DNA of 64,000 nt, taken from the NCBI GenBank assembly GCA_001773215.1, contig MEWB01000001.1:678099-742098 (forward strand). Direction: 5' to 3'. The stretch comes from a candidate division WWE3 bacterium RIFOXYC1_FULL_40_10 (GTDB taxonomy: Bacteria; Patescibacteriota; WWE3; UBA101185; UBA10185). Shown here piece after piece: positions 46,724 to 57,100 of the stretch; position 1 is the first letter of the stretch, and the number at the start of each line of letters is the position of its first letter. Under the pieces are notes generated by a model. It saw only the letters and a list, made by a program, of their open reading frames with translations. It ran no database searches and was not told the DNA's origin. The translations under genes were made by a program, and so were the position numbers.

Positions 46724-47071
46724 ATGTTAAAAAAAGAAAATAGAATTGTTAGCGACTTTGAATTTAATGTTACCCGCAAACACGGGAAAAAAGTTTTTGG
46801 CAAATATTTCACCTGTTGGCTTTTAACCCCCCGAAACTATTCCGGACCTTTTAAAGCGGGTATAGTAGTGCCCAACAAACTAATTAATGTAGCCCCCAAG
46901 CGTAATTCGCTGAAAAGAAAATACCGGGAACTTATCAGAGCTAATCCCCAATTTTTTAATGATAATTCCTGGTGCGTATTTCATCCGAAACTGGAGGCGT
47001 TGGAAAAAACCTATGAAGAACTTAGTATTGACTTTATTGAAACTTTACAAAAAGTATCTGTCACCGATTAA
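46724..47071 (+). CDS. rnpA: RNase P protein component
   Basis: 115-aa basic protein immediately after rpmH. The N-terminal RIVSDFEF...GK..TCWLL pattern fits RnpA. Confidence 0.7.
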   Translation: MLKKENRIVSDFEFNVTRKHGKKVFGKYFTCWLLTPRNYSGPFKAGIVVPNKLINVAPKRNSLKRKYRELIRANPQFFNDNSWCVFHPKLEALEKTYEELSIDFIETLQKVSVTD

Positions 47072-47225
47072 TTTCGGCCTAAACACTTGCAGATTCACCC
47101 CGAGCTGTGCTGACTATACTATTTTAGCGGTGGAAAAATACGGTGTACCAAAAGGAATAACTATGGGGCTGTGGCGTATAATACGCTGCAACCCTTGGAA
47201 TAAAGGCGGAGTCGACAACCCCTAA
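47013..47225 (+). CDS. yidD: Membrane protein insertion efficiency factor YidD
   Basis: LLKLYKKYLSP...CRFTPSCADYTILAVEKYG..KG..MGLWRIIRCNPW matches the YidD signature. The start is taken at MKNLV (47013); it overlaps the rnpA 3' end. Confidence 0.75.
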   Translation: MKNLVLTLLKLYKKYLSPINFGLNTCRFTPSCADYTILAVEKYGVPKGITMGLWRIIRCNPWNKGGVDNP

Positions 47226-47249
47226 TGTCCAGCGTAGAATAAACCGATT

Positions 47250-48041
47250 ATGATAGTAACTTTATGGAATACGATTTTAATACACCCAACCGTTAACGTG
47301 CTGGCATTACTCCACAGCCTAACAGGAAACTTGGGTATAGCCCTCATAATTTTCACAATACTCGTAAAGATTATAGTAATTCCTGTTACACTCCCACAGA
47401 TGAAAATGGCCAAAAAGCAACGTGAACTGCAACCCGAATTGGAGAAGATCAAAGAAAAATTTAAATACGATAAAAAGAAAATAGCTGAACTGCAATTGGA
47501 ATTATTTAAAAGCCACGGAATCAATCCGGCAAGTGGCTGCCTAACAACCGTTATCACCTTAGTTCTGCTTATAGCCGTATACAATGTAGTCACAATTTTC
47601 ACCAGCGGGAAAGACGTGAGCTCTTTAAATCAAATGCTATATTTCCCTCAGCTTAGATTTGAGTCTCTTAGTCAAATAAATACTAAATTCTTATATTTAG
47701 ACCTCACAAAGCCGGACCCGATATTTTTGATACCAGTTCTGGCTTCGGTTTTACAGATATTAACAACAAAGGTTATGCTTCCAATGTCGAAAGACTTTAA
47801 GAAACAGGCACAAAAGTCTCCTGAAAAAGAAGATGACTTGATGGTAGCGATGCAAAAGCAAAATATGTATCTAATGCCCATAATGTTCTTCGTGATAGGT
47901 TTAAAATTGCCGTCAGGTGCAATGCTGTATATTTTGATATCGACATTACTCCAAATAGTTCAAACGGTGTATTTTAATGGTTGGGGAGACCTGCAACCCT
48001 TGATAACCAAAATAAGAAACCTAGCTCCTAAAAGAATCTAG
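47250..48041 (+). CDS. yidC: Membrane protein insertase YidC (short Gram-positive-type/Oxa1-like form)
   Basis: 263 aa with 5 TM helices. Conserved TM1/2 region LGIALIIFTILVKIIVIPVTLPQMKMAKKQRELQPELEKIKEKFK. Confidence 0.8.
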   Translation: MIVTLWNTILIHPTVNVLALLHSLTGNLGIALIIFTILVKIIVIPVTLPQMKMAKKQRELQPELEKIKEKFKYDKKKIAELQLELFKSHGINPASGCLTTVITLVLLIAVYNVVTIFTSGKDVSSLNQMLYFPQLRFESLSQINTKFLYLDLTKPDPIFLIPVLASVLQILTTKVMLPMSKDFKKQAQKSPEKEDDLMVAMQKQNMYLMPIMFFVIGLKLPSGAMLYILISTLLQIVQTVYFNGWGDLQPLITKIRNLAPKRI

Positions 48042-48080
48042 CTTGAATAAAAACCGTTGCTGTGTTAAAACGTAGAACGT

Positions 48081-48545
48081 ATGAAAAAACAAGACGCAAT
48101 TAAACAAAAATTAACTGACATCTTAAATTTCCTTGATGTAACTCCTGCTGTAGACATTGAATCACCTGAAGAGAATGTTTTTAAAATAGTTATTACCGGC
48201 CAAAATTTGAATCCGTTGATCGGCTTTAGGGGTTATTCTTTGCAGGCTATGGAACACATGTTACAGCTAATGCTGTACCGAGACTTCGATGATGCCTCCA
48301 CTATTGTGTTGGATATTAACGGATACAAGAATCAAAAAGTAGAAAGAATCCATGACTTAGCTAAAAGTTTGATTGATAAGGTAAGATTCCACCAAAGAAA
48401 CGTAGAAATGCCCCCAATGAACCCATGGGAAAGACGCCAAGTTCATATGCTGGTCGGTGAATACGACGACATCGAATCTGAAAGCACAGGAGAAGGCCCT
48501 TCCCGAAGGGTAGTACTCAAACCAAAGAGTTCAACCGGTAAATAA
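48081..48545 (+). CDS. jag: Jag/KhpB-type RNA-binding protein (KH + R3H domains)
   Basis: KH-like segment and an R3H motif (NPWERRQVHMLV) in the conserved position after yidC. Confidence 0.7.
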   Translation: MKKQDAIKQKLTDILNFLDVTPAVDIESPEENVFKIVITGQNLNPLIGFRGYSLQAMEHMLQLMLYRDFDDASTIVLDINGYKNQKVERIHDLAKSLIDKVRFHQRNVEMPPMNPWERRQVHMLVGEYDDIESESTGEGPSRRVVLKPKSSTGK

Positions 48546-48550
48546 AAGTA

Positions 48551-49663
48551 TTGAATATGAAAATAGCTTGCCTGCAGGAAAACTTAGCAAAAGCTTTAGG
48601 TATAGTATCTAAAGCAGTACCAACAAAAGGCGCTTTGCCAATCTTGTCGAATGTTTTAATTACGGCGGAAAAGGGAAAAATTAAATTCGCGGCCACAAAT
48701 CTTGAAACTACAATTATTACTTATTCACAGGGCTCTATCGAAGCTGAGGGTGCAATAACAGTTCCCGCCAAGTTGATCAAGGATTTTATAGCTAACTTAC
48801 CCCAAAATACGATTTCTTTGGAGCTATTGGGAGATAATTTGCATGTTGTGTCGGAAAAAACTAAATCCAAATTTAACGGCATATCGGCAAAAGACTACCC
48901 GGAATTGCCTTCTATATCCAACAAAACCAAATTCATCGAAATTGACCCCAAGGAATTTGCAAACTCAGTAGGAATTGTCGCTTTCGCATCCTCGGTCGAT
49001 GAAGGTCAGCCCCTTTACACAGGAGTATTAATAAAGGTATCAGGGAATGGAATAACATTTGTATCAACAGACGGATTTAGATTATCCGAACGGAGTATTA
49101 AGGTTGAAAACGAGTTCGAAGACGTATCCGCAATTATTTCAGCGAAAACTCTTCTTGAAGTGTCGAGAATATTCGCAAATTTCCCCACACCACTAAAAAT
49201 AGGACTCAGCGACAACGAAAATATGGCAATATTCACTTCTGGAGAGACTTTAGTGGCTACCCGGCTAATAGAGGGGGAATATCCCGATTATAAAAGAATT
49301 ATCCCGGAAAGTGGCGAATTAAACGCCTACTTTGAGGCCGCGCACTTTATGGATGCAGTAAAGCTCACCGATATCTTCGCCAAAAATACAGGAAAACCGA
49401 TAAAACTTATTTTTGACCCCGAAGGAAAGATCAAAATTGCATCATTATCCGCTGATACTGGAGAACATGAGAGCTATATTGAAGCGCGTGTTGAAGGTAA
49501 CCTAACGGAAGTTGCTTTCAATTCGAGATATTTGTTGGAATTTCTAACAAACGTAAAATCAGAAAAAATACACTTACATTCAAACGGCACAACATCACCC
49601 TGCGTTTTAAAACCCGAAGGAATAGATAATTTCCTTCATATTGTAATGCCGGTACAAATTTAG
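48551..49663 (+). CDS. dnaN: DNA polymerase III beta sliding clamp
   Basis: 370 aa with three-domain clamp organisation. N-terminal MKIACLQENLAKALGIVSKAV...PILSNVLI and a C-terminal conserved region. Confidence 0.85.
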   Translation: MNMKIACLQENLAKALGIVSKAVPTKGALPILSNVLITAEKGKIKFAATNLETTIITYSQGSIEAEGAITVPAKLIKDFIANLPQNTISLELLGDNLHVVSEKTKSKFNGISAKDYPELPSISNKTKFIEIDPKEFANSVGIVAFASSVDEGQPLYTGVLIKVSGNGITFVSTDGFRLSERSIKVENEFEDVSAIISAKTLLEVSRIFANFPTPLKIGLSDNENMAIFTSGETLVATRLIEGEYPDYKRIIPESGELNAYFEAAHFMDAVKLTDIFAKNTGKPIKLIFDPEGKIKIASLSADTGEHESYIEARVEGNLTEVAFNSRYLLEFLTNVKSEKIHLHSNGTTSPCVLKPEGIDNFLHIVMPVQI

Positions 49664-51939
49664 ACTAGGTCGTCGGATCCCAAAACATTAGGCAGAGTTT
49701 GCGTACTAGGCCCGGATAAATTACTTGCAGTAGGCTTTGGTGGTACTAAAGGTGGCGGAGTTATTTTCGGCGGAGTGATTTGCGGAGGTTTGGGTGCTGT
49801 AGTAGTTTCCAAAACAGATTTAAGAATAGCTTCCGAAGACGGCATTGCATGTTTTTCCGGATTAGGCTCTGGGCTTACTGCTATGTCTTCCGGCACCACA
49901 CCAAGATTCTTAGTTATTGCACCCGGAGCTGTCCCGCTCCCTCCCAGCACAACAGCGGGTTCTTGTTCTTCGACAACATCAGATACCCTTAAGGGAACAA
50001 AAGGAGCTTTGGGCGCAACCGTAGGTTTTGGAGGCAACGCTTTTGCGGCTAAACCTTCTTCTCTCATTCTTAAAATCTCCTCGGGATTTGTTGTGAGCAA
50101 CCTATTTTCAGCTTCGGAGGCTTTAACTAAAATCGAGACATGGTTCGCTCCGGCGAAAAACAACCCCTCCCCAACTCCTGCCGCTAATAGTAGCCTCTTT
50201 TCACCCTCGGATAGGTAAAAGGTATTTGCTACTTTCTCGATAGCAGCCGGGTGCTGTTTTAGCAGTATCTGGATAGATGAGTTTGTAACAATTGCTTTTC
50301 CGTATTCGGATGTTAAAAAGTCGTCTACATCTTGGGAAATTGTTGTTAGGCCCAAGTAATATTTACGCGCCCTTTTTGCAATCCCATAAATAAACCGTGC
50401 ACTATCTTCGTTTTGCATCAAATACCAAGCTTCTTCTACTATAAGAAGTCTTTTTCTTAAATCCTTTCTAATACGTGTCCAAATAAAATCCAAAATAATA
50501 TAGAAAGCTATTGGCCTCAATGCCTCTTCCAAGTTTTTGGTTGAAAAAACAGTCATCTTACTGGTTAGGTTTATATTTGATTGGGAATCAAAGATTCCCG
50601 TCATGGACCCCTTTATGAACTTCTCTAATCTCTCGGCCATTCCTCTTGCCTCCGGTTCTGCCGCTCCCATTAAAACTTTGTAGAGATCTTCCATTACTGG
50701 CGGTTCCCGTGTTGCCTGCGTTTCCGGATCCGTAGTAATCCCTTTTATTCTATACGCCTCTATTAAAGCCCTATCTAAAATGGCTTCTTCTGTTGGTGTA
50801 AGAGTACCCATCATTAATTTAAGTAGTGTTACAAGAGAAATCAGTTTTTGTCCCAACTCATTTTCACCTTCTACAACGATTCCGGAAAGGTCAAAAGGAT
50901 TAATTTTTGATGGTGAGTTGGCAGAGAAATCGATGTAATTACCACCAACGGCATTACATAATGGGCGATACTCTTCTTCGGGATCTATTACCATTACTTC
51001 GCACCCAAAAACCATTTGGCGCAATGCTTCCAACTTAATAAAATACGACTTACCCGACCCGGATTTGGCGAAAACCACCGAGTTGGCGTTCTCCAATGAA
51101 AACCTATCAAAGATAACTAGCGAACCGTTATGTCTGTTGATTCCATACATAATTCCTTCTTCCATTGTTAGGTCAGAGGATGTGAACGGGAAAGTGGTAG
51201 CTAAACTAGTAGTATCCATGTTTCTGGTTATTAATAGTTTATCTATGCCGGCAGGAATCGAAGACTGGAAGGCTTCTTCCATTTGGAGTGAGGCTTTTTT
51301 GGAAATTAATAACAAAGAACCTAAAGTTGATTCAAGCTTTGATGTTATGTTTTCCAACTCTTCTAAAGTTTCCGCTGACATTGTTATATAAAATGAAAAT
51401 TGGAAATATTTTTCTACCCCTTTTACCAATTGCTCCTGAAGAGCGTTTGCGTCTTCCAACGCAGCAGAAACCACGGGATCAGTGACTCTCCCCTTCTCTT
51501 GATTAGACATCATTGTGGCTTCCAACTCGGTAATTTTTCTTCGTAGGTCATCTAAAATGACCTTTGATTTTACAGGGTAGTAAAACATTGAAAGATCGAG
51601 AGAGTGGTCAAAATTTATTATAGGGGATAACCAATTAGCCCCCACAAATCTGGGATAACCTGCAACAAACAATGTCCTGTAAAAAAGTGATCCCACTCGA
51701 ATAGTATTAAAGTCCACTTCCAAGGCTCCGGGAGCAATAATATCGCGTACATTAATCATACCTTCTGCTAAAACCTGGGAAGGCGATCTTCCCCCAATGG
51801 TATTGTTAGGAGTAGCCTTATGCAGTTTAACTTGGGAATCTGCCTTTTCCATACCATCATAGGCAGGCTCAGTCGACAGATTCGATCTTGATGTGGTACC
51901 TCCCTTTTTGTTAAACATAGTGAAAATATTCAATGCCAT
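49660..51939 (-). CDS. VirB4/TrbE/TraC-family type IV secretion ATPase with a Pro-rich C-terminal tail
   Basis: Middle-domain pattern FYRTLFVAGYPRFV...WLSPIIN, Walker A FAKSGSGKSY, Walker B-like LLIVEEAWYL (DEAW-type). The C-terminal ~140 aa is a Pro/Thr-rich low-complexity tail (PPKPTVAPKAP...PPKITPPPLVPPKP). Confidence 0.7.
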   Translation of the reverse strand: MALNIFTMFNKKGGTTSRSNLSTEPAYDGMEKADSQVKLHKATPNNTIGGRSPSQVLAEGMINVRDIIAPGALEVDFNTIRVGSLFYRTLFVAGYPRFVGANWLSPIINFDHSLDLSMFYYPVKSKVILDDLRRKITELEATMMSNQEKGRVTDPVVSAALEDANALQEQLVKGVEKYFQFSFYITMSAETLEELENITSKLESTLGSLLLISKKASLQMEEAFQSSIPAGIDKLLITRNMDTTSLATTFPFTSSDLTMEEGIMYGINRHNGSLVIFDRFSLENANSVVFAKSGSGKSYFIKLEALRQMVFGCEVMVIDPEEEYRPLCNAVGGNYIDFSANSPSKINPFDLSGIVVEGENELGQKLISLVTLLKLMMGTLTPTEEAILDRALIEAYRIKGITTDPETQATREPPVMEDLYKVLMGAAEPEARGMAERLEKFIKGSMTGIFDSQSNINLTSKMTVFSTKNLEEALRPIAFYIILDFIWTRIRKDLRKRLLIVEEAWYLMQNEDSARFIYGIAKRARKYYLGLTTISQDVDDFLTSEYGKAIVTNSSIQILLKQHPAAIEKVANTFYLSEGEKRLLLAAGVGEGLFFAGANHVSILVKASEAENRLLTTNPEEILRMREEGLAAKALPPKPTVAPKAPFVPLRVSDVVEEQEPAVVLGGSGTAPGAITKNLGVVPEDIAVSPEPNPEKHAMPSSEAILKSVLETTTAPKPPQITPPKITPPPLVPPKPTASNLSGPSTQTLPNVLGSDDLV

Positions 51940-51940
51940 A

Positions 51941-52642
51941 CTATTCCTCTATTATTGCCGGATTCACAATCGCGGTTTGGTAATCATCTACATTAGTCCT
52001 AATCCTTTGACCATGAACGTTGCTGGGATTATAGATATCAAAATATAGCTCCACTAGCTCCTGGGTTGTCATTTGGCGCGCTTTAACCCCAATTCTATTA
52101 AATTCCTTTATCATATGCTCAACTTTGGGATATAGCTCTACAGAACCATTCTTTAGTACGGCATCAGCATCAAACTCAACTCTTTTTGCATGCGATCCTG
52201 TTAGCTTAAAAAACCAATCGAAAGGTCCCGAACCGGGTTGTGCACTTTCAGGCCCGGCGGTCGGGATAACAATAAAAAACCTTTTGTCTAACACATCATT
52301 TTGCTGAACAACCTCCTGAACAAACTTCCTGTACGACTCAGCCTGATGACGTAATAAAGGATCGGTAATTTTATTCTCAATTCTTTGAACTTTATCGATG
52401 TATTTAGTTATATCCAGCCTTTTGGATCTTACAACTATCTGAATAGGGAATGTTATTGAATTTAAGAGCATCGAAAAGGCTGCAATAATGGCGTCTTGTT
52501 CCATCTCCGAAAGTAAGTCGAAGTTTACAGCGTTAGTTTGAAGCACTGCACAGACTACAGAGTTTTTAAGCACCACCAAATTATCTTTAATATCATAGAT
52601 ATCTAAATGATCTTGAGTTGTTGCTGTTATATTATCTGCCAT
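51941..52642 (-). CDS. Separately encoded VirB4 N-terminal-domain-like protein
   Basis: 233 aa. LDIYDIKDNLVVLKNSVVCAVLQTNAVNFDLLSEMEQDAIIAAFSMLLNSI resembles the extreme N-terminal domain of VirB4/TrbE. Its stop lies 1 nt from the ATPase start (translational coupling). Confidence 0.4.
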   Translation of the reverse strand: MADNITATTQDHLDIYDIKDNLVVLKNSVVCAVLQTNAVNFDLLSEMEQDAIIAAFSMLLNSITFPIQIVVRSKRLDITKYIDKVQRIENKITDPLLRHQAESYRKFVQEVVQQNDVLDKRFFIVIPTAGPESAQPGSGPFDWFFKLTGSHAKRVEFDADAVLKNGSVELYPKVEHMIKEFNRIGVKARQMTTQELVELYFDIYNPSNVHGQRIRTNVDDYQTAIVNPAIIEE

Positions 52643-52649
52643 ATTTACA

Positions 52650-54122
52650 TCACCTTCCTGTAATTTGTATAGGAGGAATTACATCTCCTTTAACCTCTAC
52701 TGAAATTATATCAAAGGTTAGACCAGTATCATTAATTGGACTCACCTCGATAGTATACACACCTTCCGTCAAGGGTGTCGTTAGGATAAATTGACCCAAC
52801 TTGTTCGATTTGAAGGCCCTAACAGCCTCGCCGTTACTGTTTTTGATAATTAACAATACATTAGGTATCCCATCGCCAACAACTCCGGATACAATATTTG
52901 GCTTGGTGGTTAGAGGTGGTATTTTAGCCAAATGCACATACCCTCTAGGTTCGGCAACTACAGCAGCATTAACTTTTTCTTCAAGCTGTTTTTGCAAATC
53001 AGCAATTTGCTTACTCAACGCCTCATAATCTTGTGCTGACTTACTTTTTTCAAGCTCCAACTTTTTAAGAAGATCCTCTTGTGTTGCTGTATCAAGAGCT
53101 TTTTGTTTGGCAGTCTCAATCTCCGATTTCAAACTCTCTATTTGGTCATCTATATCTTGATTTTGTTCTTTAAGTTTATCCGCCAAGTCTTCAGCTTCCT
53201 TATTTAGCCTTTCGGGAGCTACCTGAGTCTGCGGAGTTGCAGGCCTGGCTATTTTTACTCTCTCTGTCTGCTGAATTTGGCCTAACAACTGCTGTAATTT
53301 AGCTGCTTTATCGGCAACATCTTCATCAGCCAATCGCATAGTTTGAGCATCTTGGGACAAAACCTTTTCTCCCCTGATAGGCAAAAACAACTCCCCCTGA
53401 GAAGGCAACAAGCTGGTAAATCTTCTGCCGGAATGCATGTCGGGAGTAATTGGCACGTGAGTATCGAATCCTTCAGGCTCTTGAGCTTGCGGAGGAGGAG
53501 CGACAGCCGGCTGTACATGTTCGGAAATTACAGGTGCCGGAGGAAGCTCATCTTCCGCGAAAATATCATCAACACCGACTGCAACAGGTGCAGGTGGAGG
53601 GGGTAAATCAAGCGCAGGTAATGAAGCGTAAATATTTGCAACTTTGGAAATATATTCTTCCTCCGGAATATCCAGGGGGTCTCTGGGGCCTTTTTGTATG
53701 GAGTGCGTAAGATACTCCTCAAGTTTCCTCCGGCTGGAAGTAGGCGCAAGAGTTATCATCTCTTGTCTAACCATATCTACACTTGCCATTGCGAAAGGCT
53801 TAAGTACAAAAACTTCCTTCTTCCAAATCCTCTGGGTAGGTGTGTAAACTGCTTTTACAAAATTAACTATCCACTGATCAAGGCCTCTTTCTTCGACAGG
53901 TATAAAAGCTAAGCCAATACCAAGCCCTGCTGATAAAATAAAAAGTGGAATTTTAAAAATGCCTGTAGGTAGAATCAACATCAGGTACGCCATCCCGCCG
54001 AATATCAGTACGTAGGCAAATTGTCTCATGGTTAAGTCCCCAATTAACTTGAATTCCACGTCCATGATGTTTTGGGGGACTGCATGCTGTGTATTTGTTT
54101 GAATGTTATCTCTTATGGGCAT
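52650..54122 (-). CDS. Membrane protein with N-terminal TM hairpin (VirB3-like?), Pro-rich linker, long coiled coil and C-terminal beta-sandwich domain
   Basis: 490 aa. Two N-terminal TM helices (MRQFAYVLIFGGMAYLMLILP...FILSAGLGIGLAFIP), a PPPAPV repeat linker, a ~120-aa Q/E/K-rich coiled coil, and a C-terminal ~100-aa beta-rich domain (VYTIEVSP...). Confidence 0.35.
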   Translation of the reverse strand: MPIRDNIQTNTQHAVPQNIMDVEFKLIGDLTMRQFAYVLIFGGMAYLMLILPTGIFKIPLFILSAGLGIGLAFIPVEERGLDQWIVNFVKAVYTPTQRIWKKEVFVLKPFAMASVDMVRQEMITLAPTSSRRKLEEYLTHSIQKGPRDPLDIPEEEYISKVANIYASLPALDLPPPPAPVAVGVDDIFAEDELPPAPVISEHVQPAVAPPPQAQEPEGFDTHVPITPDMHSGRRFTSLLPSQGELFLPIRGEKVLSQDAQTMRLADEDVADKAAKLQQLLGQIQQTERVKIARPATPQTQVAPERLNKEAEDLADKLKEQNQDIDDQIESLKSEIETAKQKALDTATQEDLLKKLELEKSKSAQDYEALSKQIADLQKQLEEKVNAAVVAEPRGYVHLAKIPPLTTKPNIVSGVVGDGIPNVLLIIKNSNGEAVRAFKSNKLGQFILTTPLTEGVYTIEVSPINDTGLTFDIISVEVKGDVIPPIQITGR

Positions 54123-54143
54123 TTATTCCCTAATTTTAGCGGA

Positions 54144-57100
54144 TTATTGGAGTTTAACAATATATCTAACATCCTTATCTAAAACCCCGGTATCCTCTAC
54201 CAAATTATTCTTCTGCTCCAAATTACTGCTAAATTGATTAAGCGTCATTCCAAACGGGGCATTAAACTTAAAGTTAAACACATCGTCGTGTGTACCCGAC
54301 TGCTTTTGCCACAACATAGTATAATCCTGAAAGTCTTTAGTTATAGATAATCCTTCAGGCAAATCGTAATTTAGCAAAAGAGTTAAACTGCTTGTTGGCT
54401 CAAGCTTAAATGTGGTTTCAAACGACGAATACCTTCCTACGCTTGATACCCTTATTCTATCAAAAATATCCAGTGTAGTGTTGTCTTTATAAATAAATTT
54501 AGCACCAGTAAGTTTTGACCCTGCCTGAGTTAATACTCTAACATAATTTGTGTAGGGGCCGCCGGGCCACGCATCCCCTTCTCCGGTGTGTTTATAGTTT
54601 AGTGCTAATGTTCCTCTTAATATCCCGTCTCTGGTTAAAGAATCCACTTCGTATTCCATCGTGTTCTGTACATAGTAGTTTGCTTTTGTTCCGCCCAAAT
54701 TAGCATTTACCACTTGTAAATAATCTCCTTCGGAATCAGCTAAACTTCCATCCCAATTTCTACTCTTAAGAAATGCGTTTAATGAACTGTTTTTAAAATA
54801 AATTTGAAAATGTCTCTCATCCAAAGATTTTTCGATCGACCCCAGAAGAGGTGAGATTTTATCTTTTGGAGTGGCAAAGATTTTCTCGAGCAGTTTACTG
54901 CCTAAAACAGTTAAAAACCCTCTTTTGGCATCCGAGCCGGCTTCAAAATTAAAATCACTGTGGTACTGAGTTCTCTCATATAAATTCTCGGATGTAATTT
55001 GTTCATCGTATGCAGCTAAAAATAAAGGCCCTGTTACATTTATTAATTCCTTTGCAAAAGATAAATCAACAGCTAAATAGCCATCGATATCTTCTCCGGT
55101 CACTCTGTAATACAAGTCATCAAAAGCCACCACCGAACTTGGAAAATCCGGACTCCAGTTTGAGTTTCTCAGATGCAATCCATTTTCTCCTAAAAGCTCC
55201 GCAATAGGGGACGGAGATGGCACCGAAATTCCCCTAAGATCTATTTGGCCATCCGGATTATAAATGTCGTCAATTGTTAAATCCTTGAGTTTTCCGTTTT
55301 CAAAGGTTAGCAGGCCATAGGATCCTATAAACCCTCCTGTGGGGCGTATCTCGTTTGAATTTTGGAACCAAACCATATATGTCTTTTTCGAGGAGGCACC
55401 TAATATTTGCGGGAGATCTGCTACCACCGCAGAGGCAAGCACCAAGCCGGAATCGATCTGTTCAAGATATACTCCGTATACTCTTGCCGGTTCCTGAAGT
55501 TTTTCCGGCAAGTCGGGAATTGAGATGTTTTTAAAATCCGCACTGGCTAACCCTATTGTGTTTCGAGCATTTAACAATGAAAACTTTGCGCTATCAAAAT
55601 ATGAGGAATCCATGGTTTCATCCGTATCGGGACGGATTATAGCCCAAAGAGCTTCCATGGGTTTTACTACATCCGCCAATTCCTCACCGGATTTCGAGAA
55701 GTTTATCAACGAACTAAGCAATCTATAGGTAGCGTTATATTGCTCCTTTTTACCGGAAATTTTAAAAAGCCACTTGACCTTAACCAAATAAGACCTTGAA
55801 GATGTGAAATCCTCAGTGGCAGTCTTGAGATTGTTTTTTATCTGCTCCGAATCAAAATGGTTGGAAGGATCCCTAACAGCCATTAACGCTAATTTCCCAT
55901 GTTCTGCCTTAGAGAAAACTTGAAAAACGGGAAATACGACAAAGGTAATAACGGCAGCAGCTAAAATTGCTCCGATAGTTAAAGACCTGCTCACTTTTGG
56001 GGACACTGAATGAGCTGTGATTCGGGGAAGAGCCCCTGTTGTTTTAATACCTTTGCGAACTATGTCTCTAAGTTTTTTAATTAACTCCCCCACCGGATTT
56101 CTTTTGTTTATGTATGGGTAAGGGTTCGGAGAAAAACTGGTTGGCACATTGGCGGCCGGAGCCTTGAATCCGGGTTCGTAGGCATATATGGGCATGGGGG
56201 TAGTCGCGATAGGCGGTGCGGTTACAGCCCTGCTGGCTATGTGATCTTGAATATATCTTGCAGGTTTAAATGAAAGTGAGTTTACTTTATAACCAAACCA
56301 GGACAGAGTCTTCACTATTCCCTCTTTTAGTGCAACCTTAGGCTCCCAAGCCAGGTCTCCCAGGTTAAATGTATCAACATCGCGAGGACCCTGTTTAACC
56401 GGGGAAAGATAGGGTGAATATTTAACATCCAACTCGGCATCCGCCATGCTCTTGACTAGATAGGCCACTTCTAGAACGGAAACAGGTTCTCCTCCTACCA
56501 AGGAATAAATATTCCCTTTAGTCACAGGATTAAATAGGGCCTTCAAAATTCCTGCTATGGCGTCTTCGATGTATAAGTAAAATTCTTTATCAGTTCCGTC
56601 ACCCCTAACACTAATGTCTCTTCGCTCAATCAAATCTTTCAAAAAGCTGCCAATCGAACCGCTGGCATCCAAATTCATGTTTGGTCCATATATTTCTGGG
56701 AGACGAGCCACCCTTATATCGAGTTTGTATCTGTGGTAGTACTGCCAAACCAACGCCTCAGAAAATCTTTTGGCCTCGGTGAGGCTAAATTTGTTGTCCT
56801 CAAATGAGCTAAATCCAAAATACTTGTCGATGCTTAGCTGAGACATTCTCCCTTGGTACACATCGATGGTGGAAGCAAGTAAAAATTTAGCCTCGGATTT
56901 CTTGGCGAGGTCCAAAAGATTTTTCACACCCAATGAATTTGTTAATAAGGAATCCAAGTTTAGATACTCTTTGCTGTACAGATATTCTTCTAAACTGGCC
57001 AAGTGGATTATATAGTCAACACTATCTATATCACTTGGAATACCTTCGTTAATATCCACATCGTACAATGCAAAATTTGGATTGTTCATTAAATGCTGAA

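Noticed and set aside
48546-48550. oriC / DnaA-box cluster between jag and dnaN
   Set aside because: The intergenic gap is 5 nt, and no TTATCCACA-like boxes were noticed in the rpmH upstream region either. Origin placement cannot be inferred from this window.
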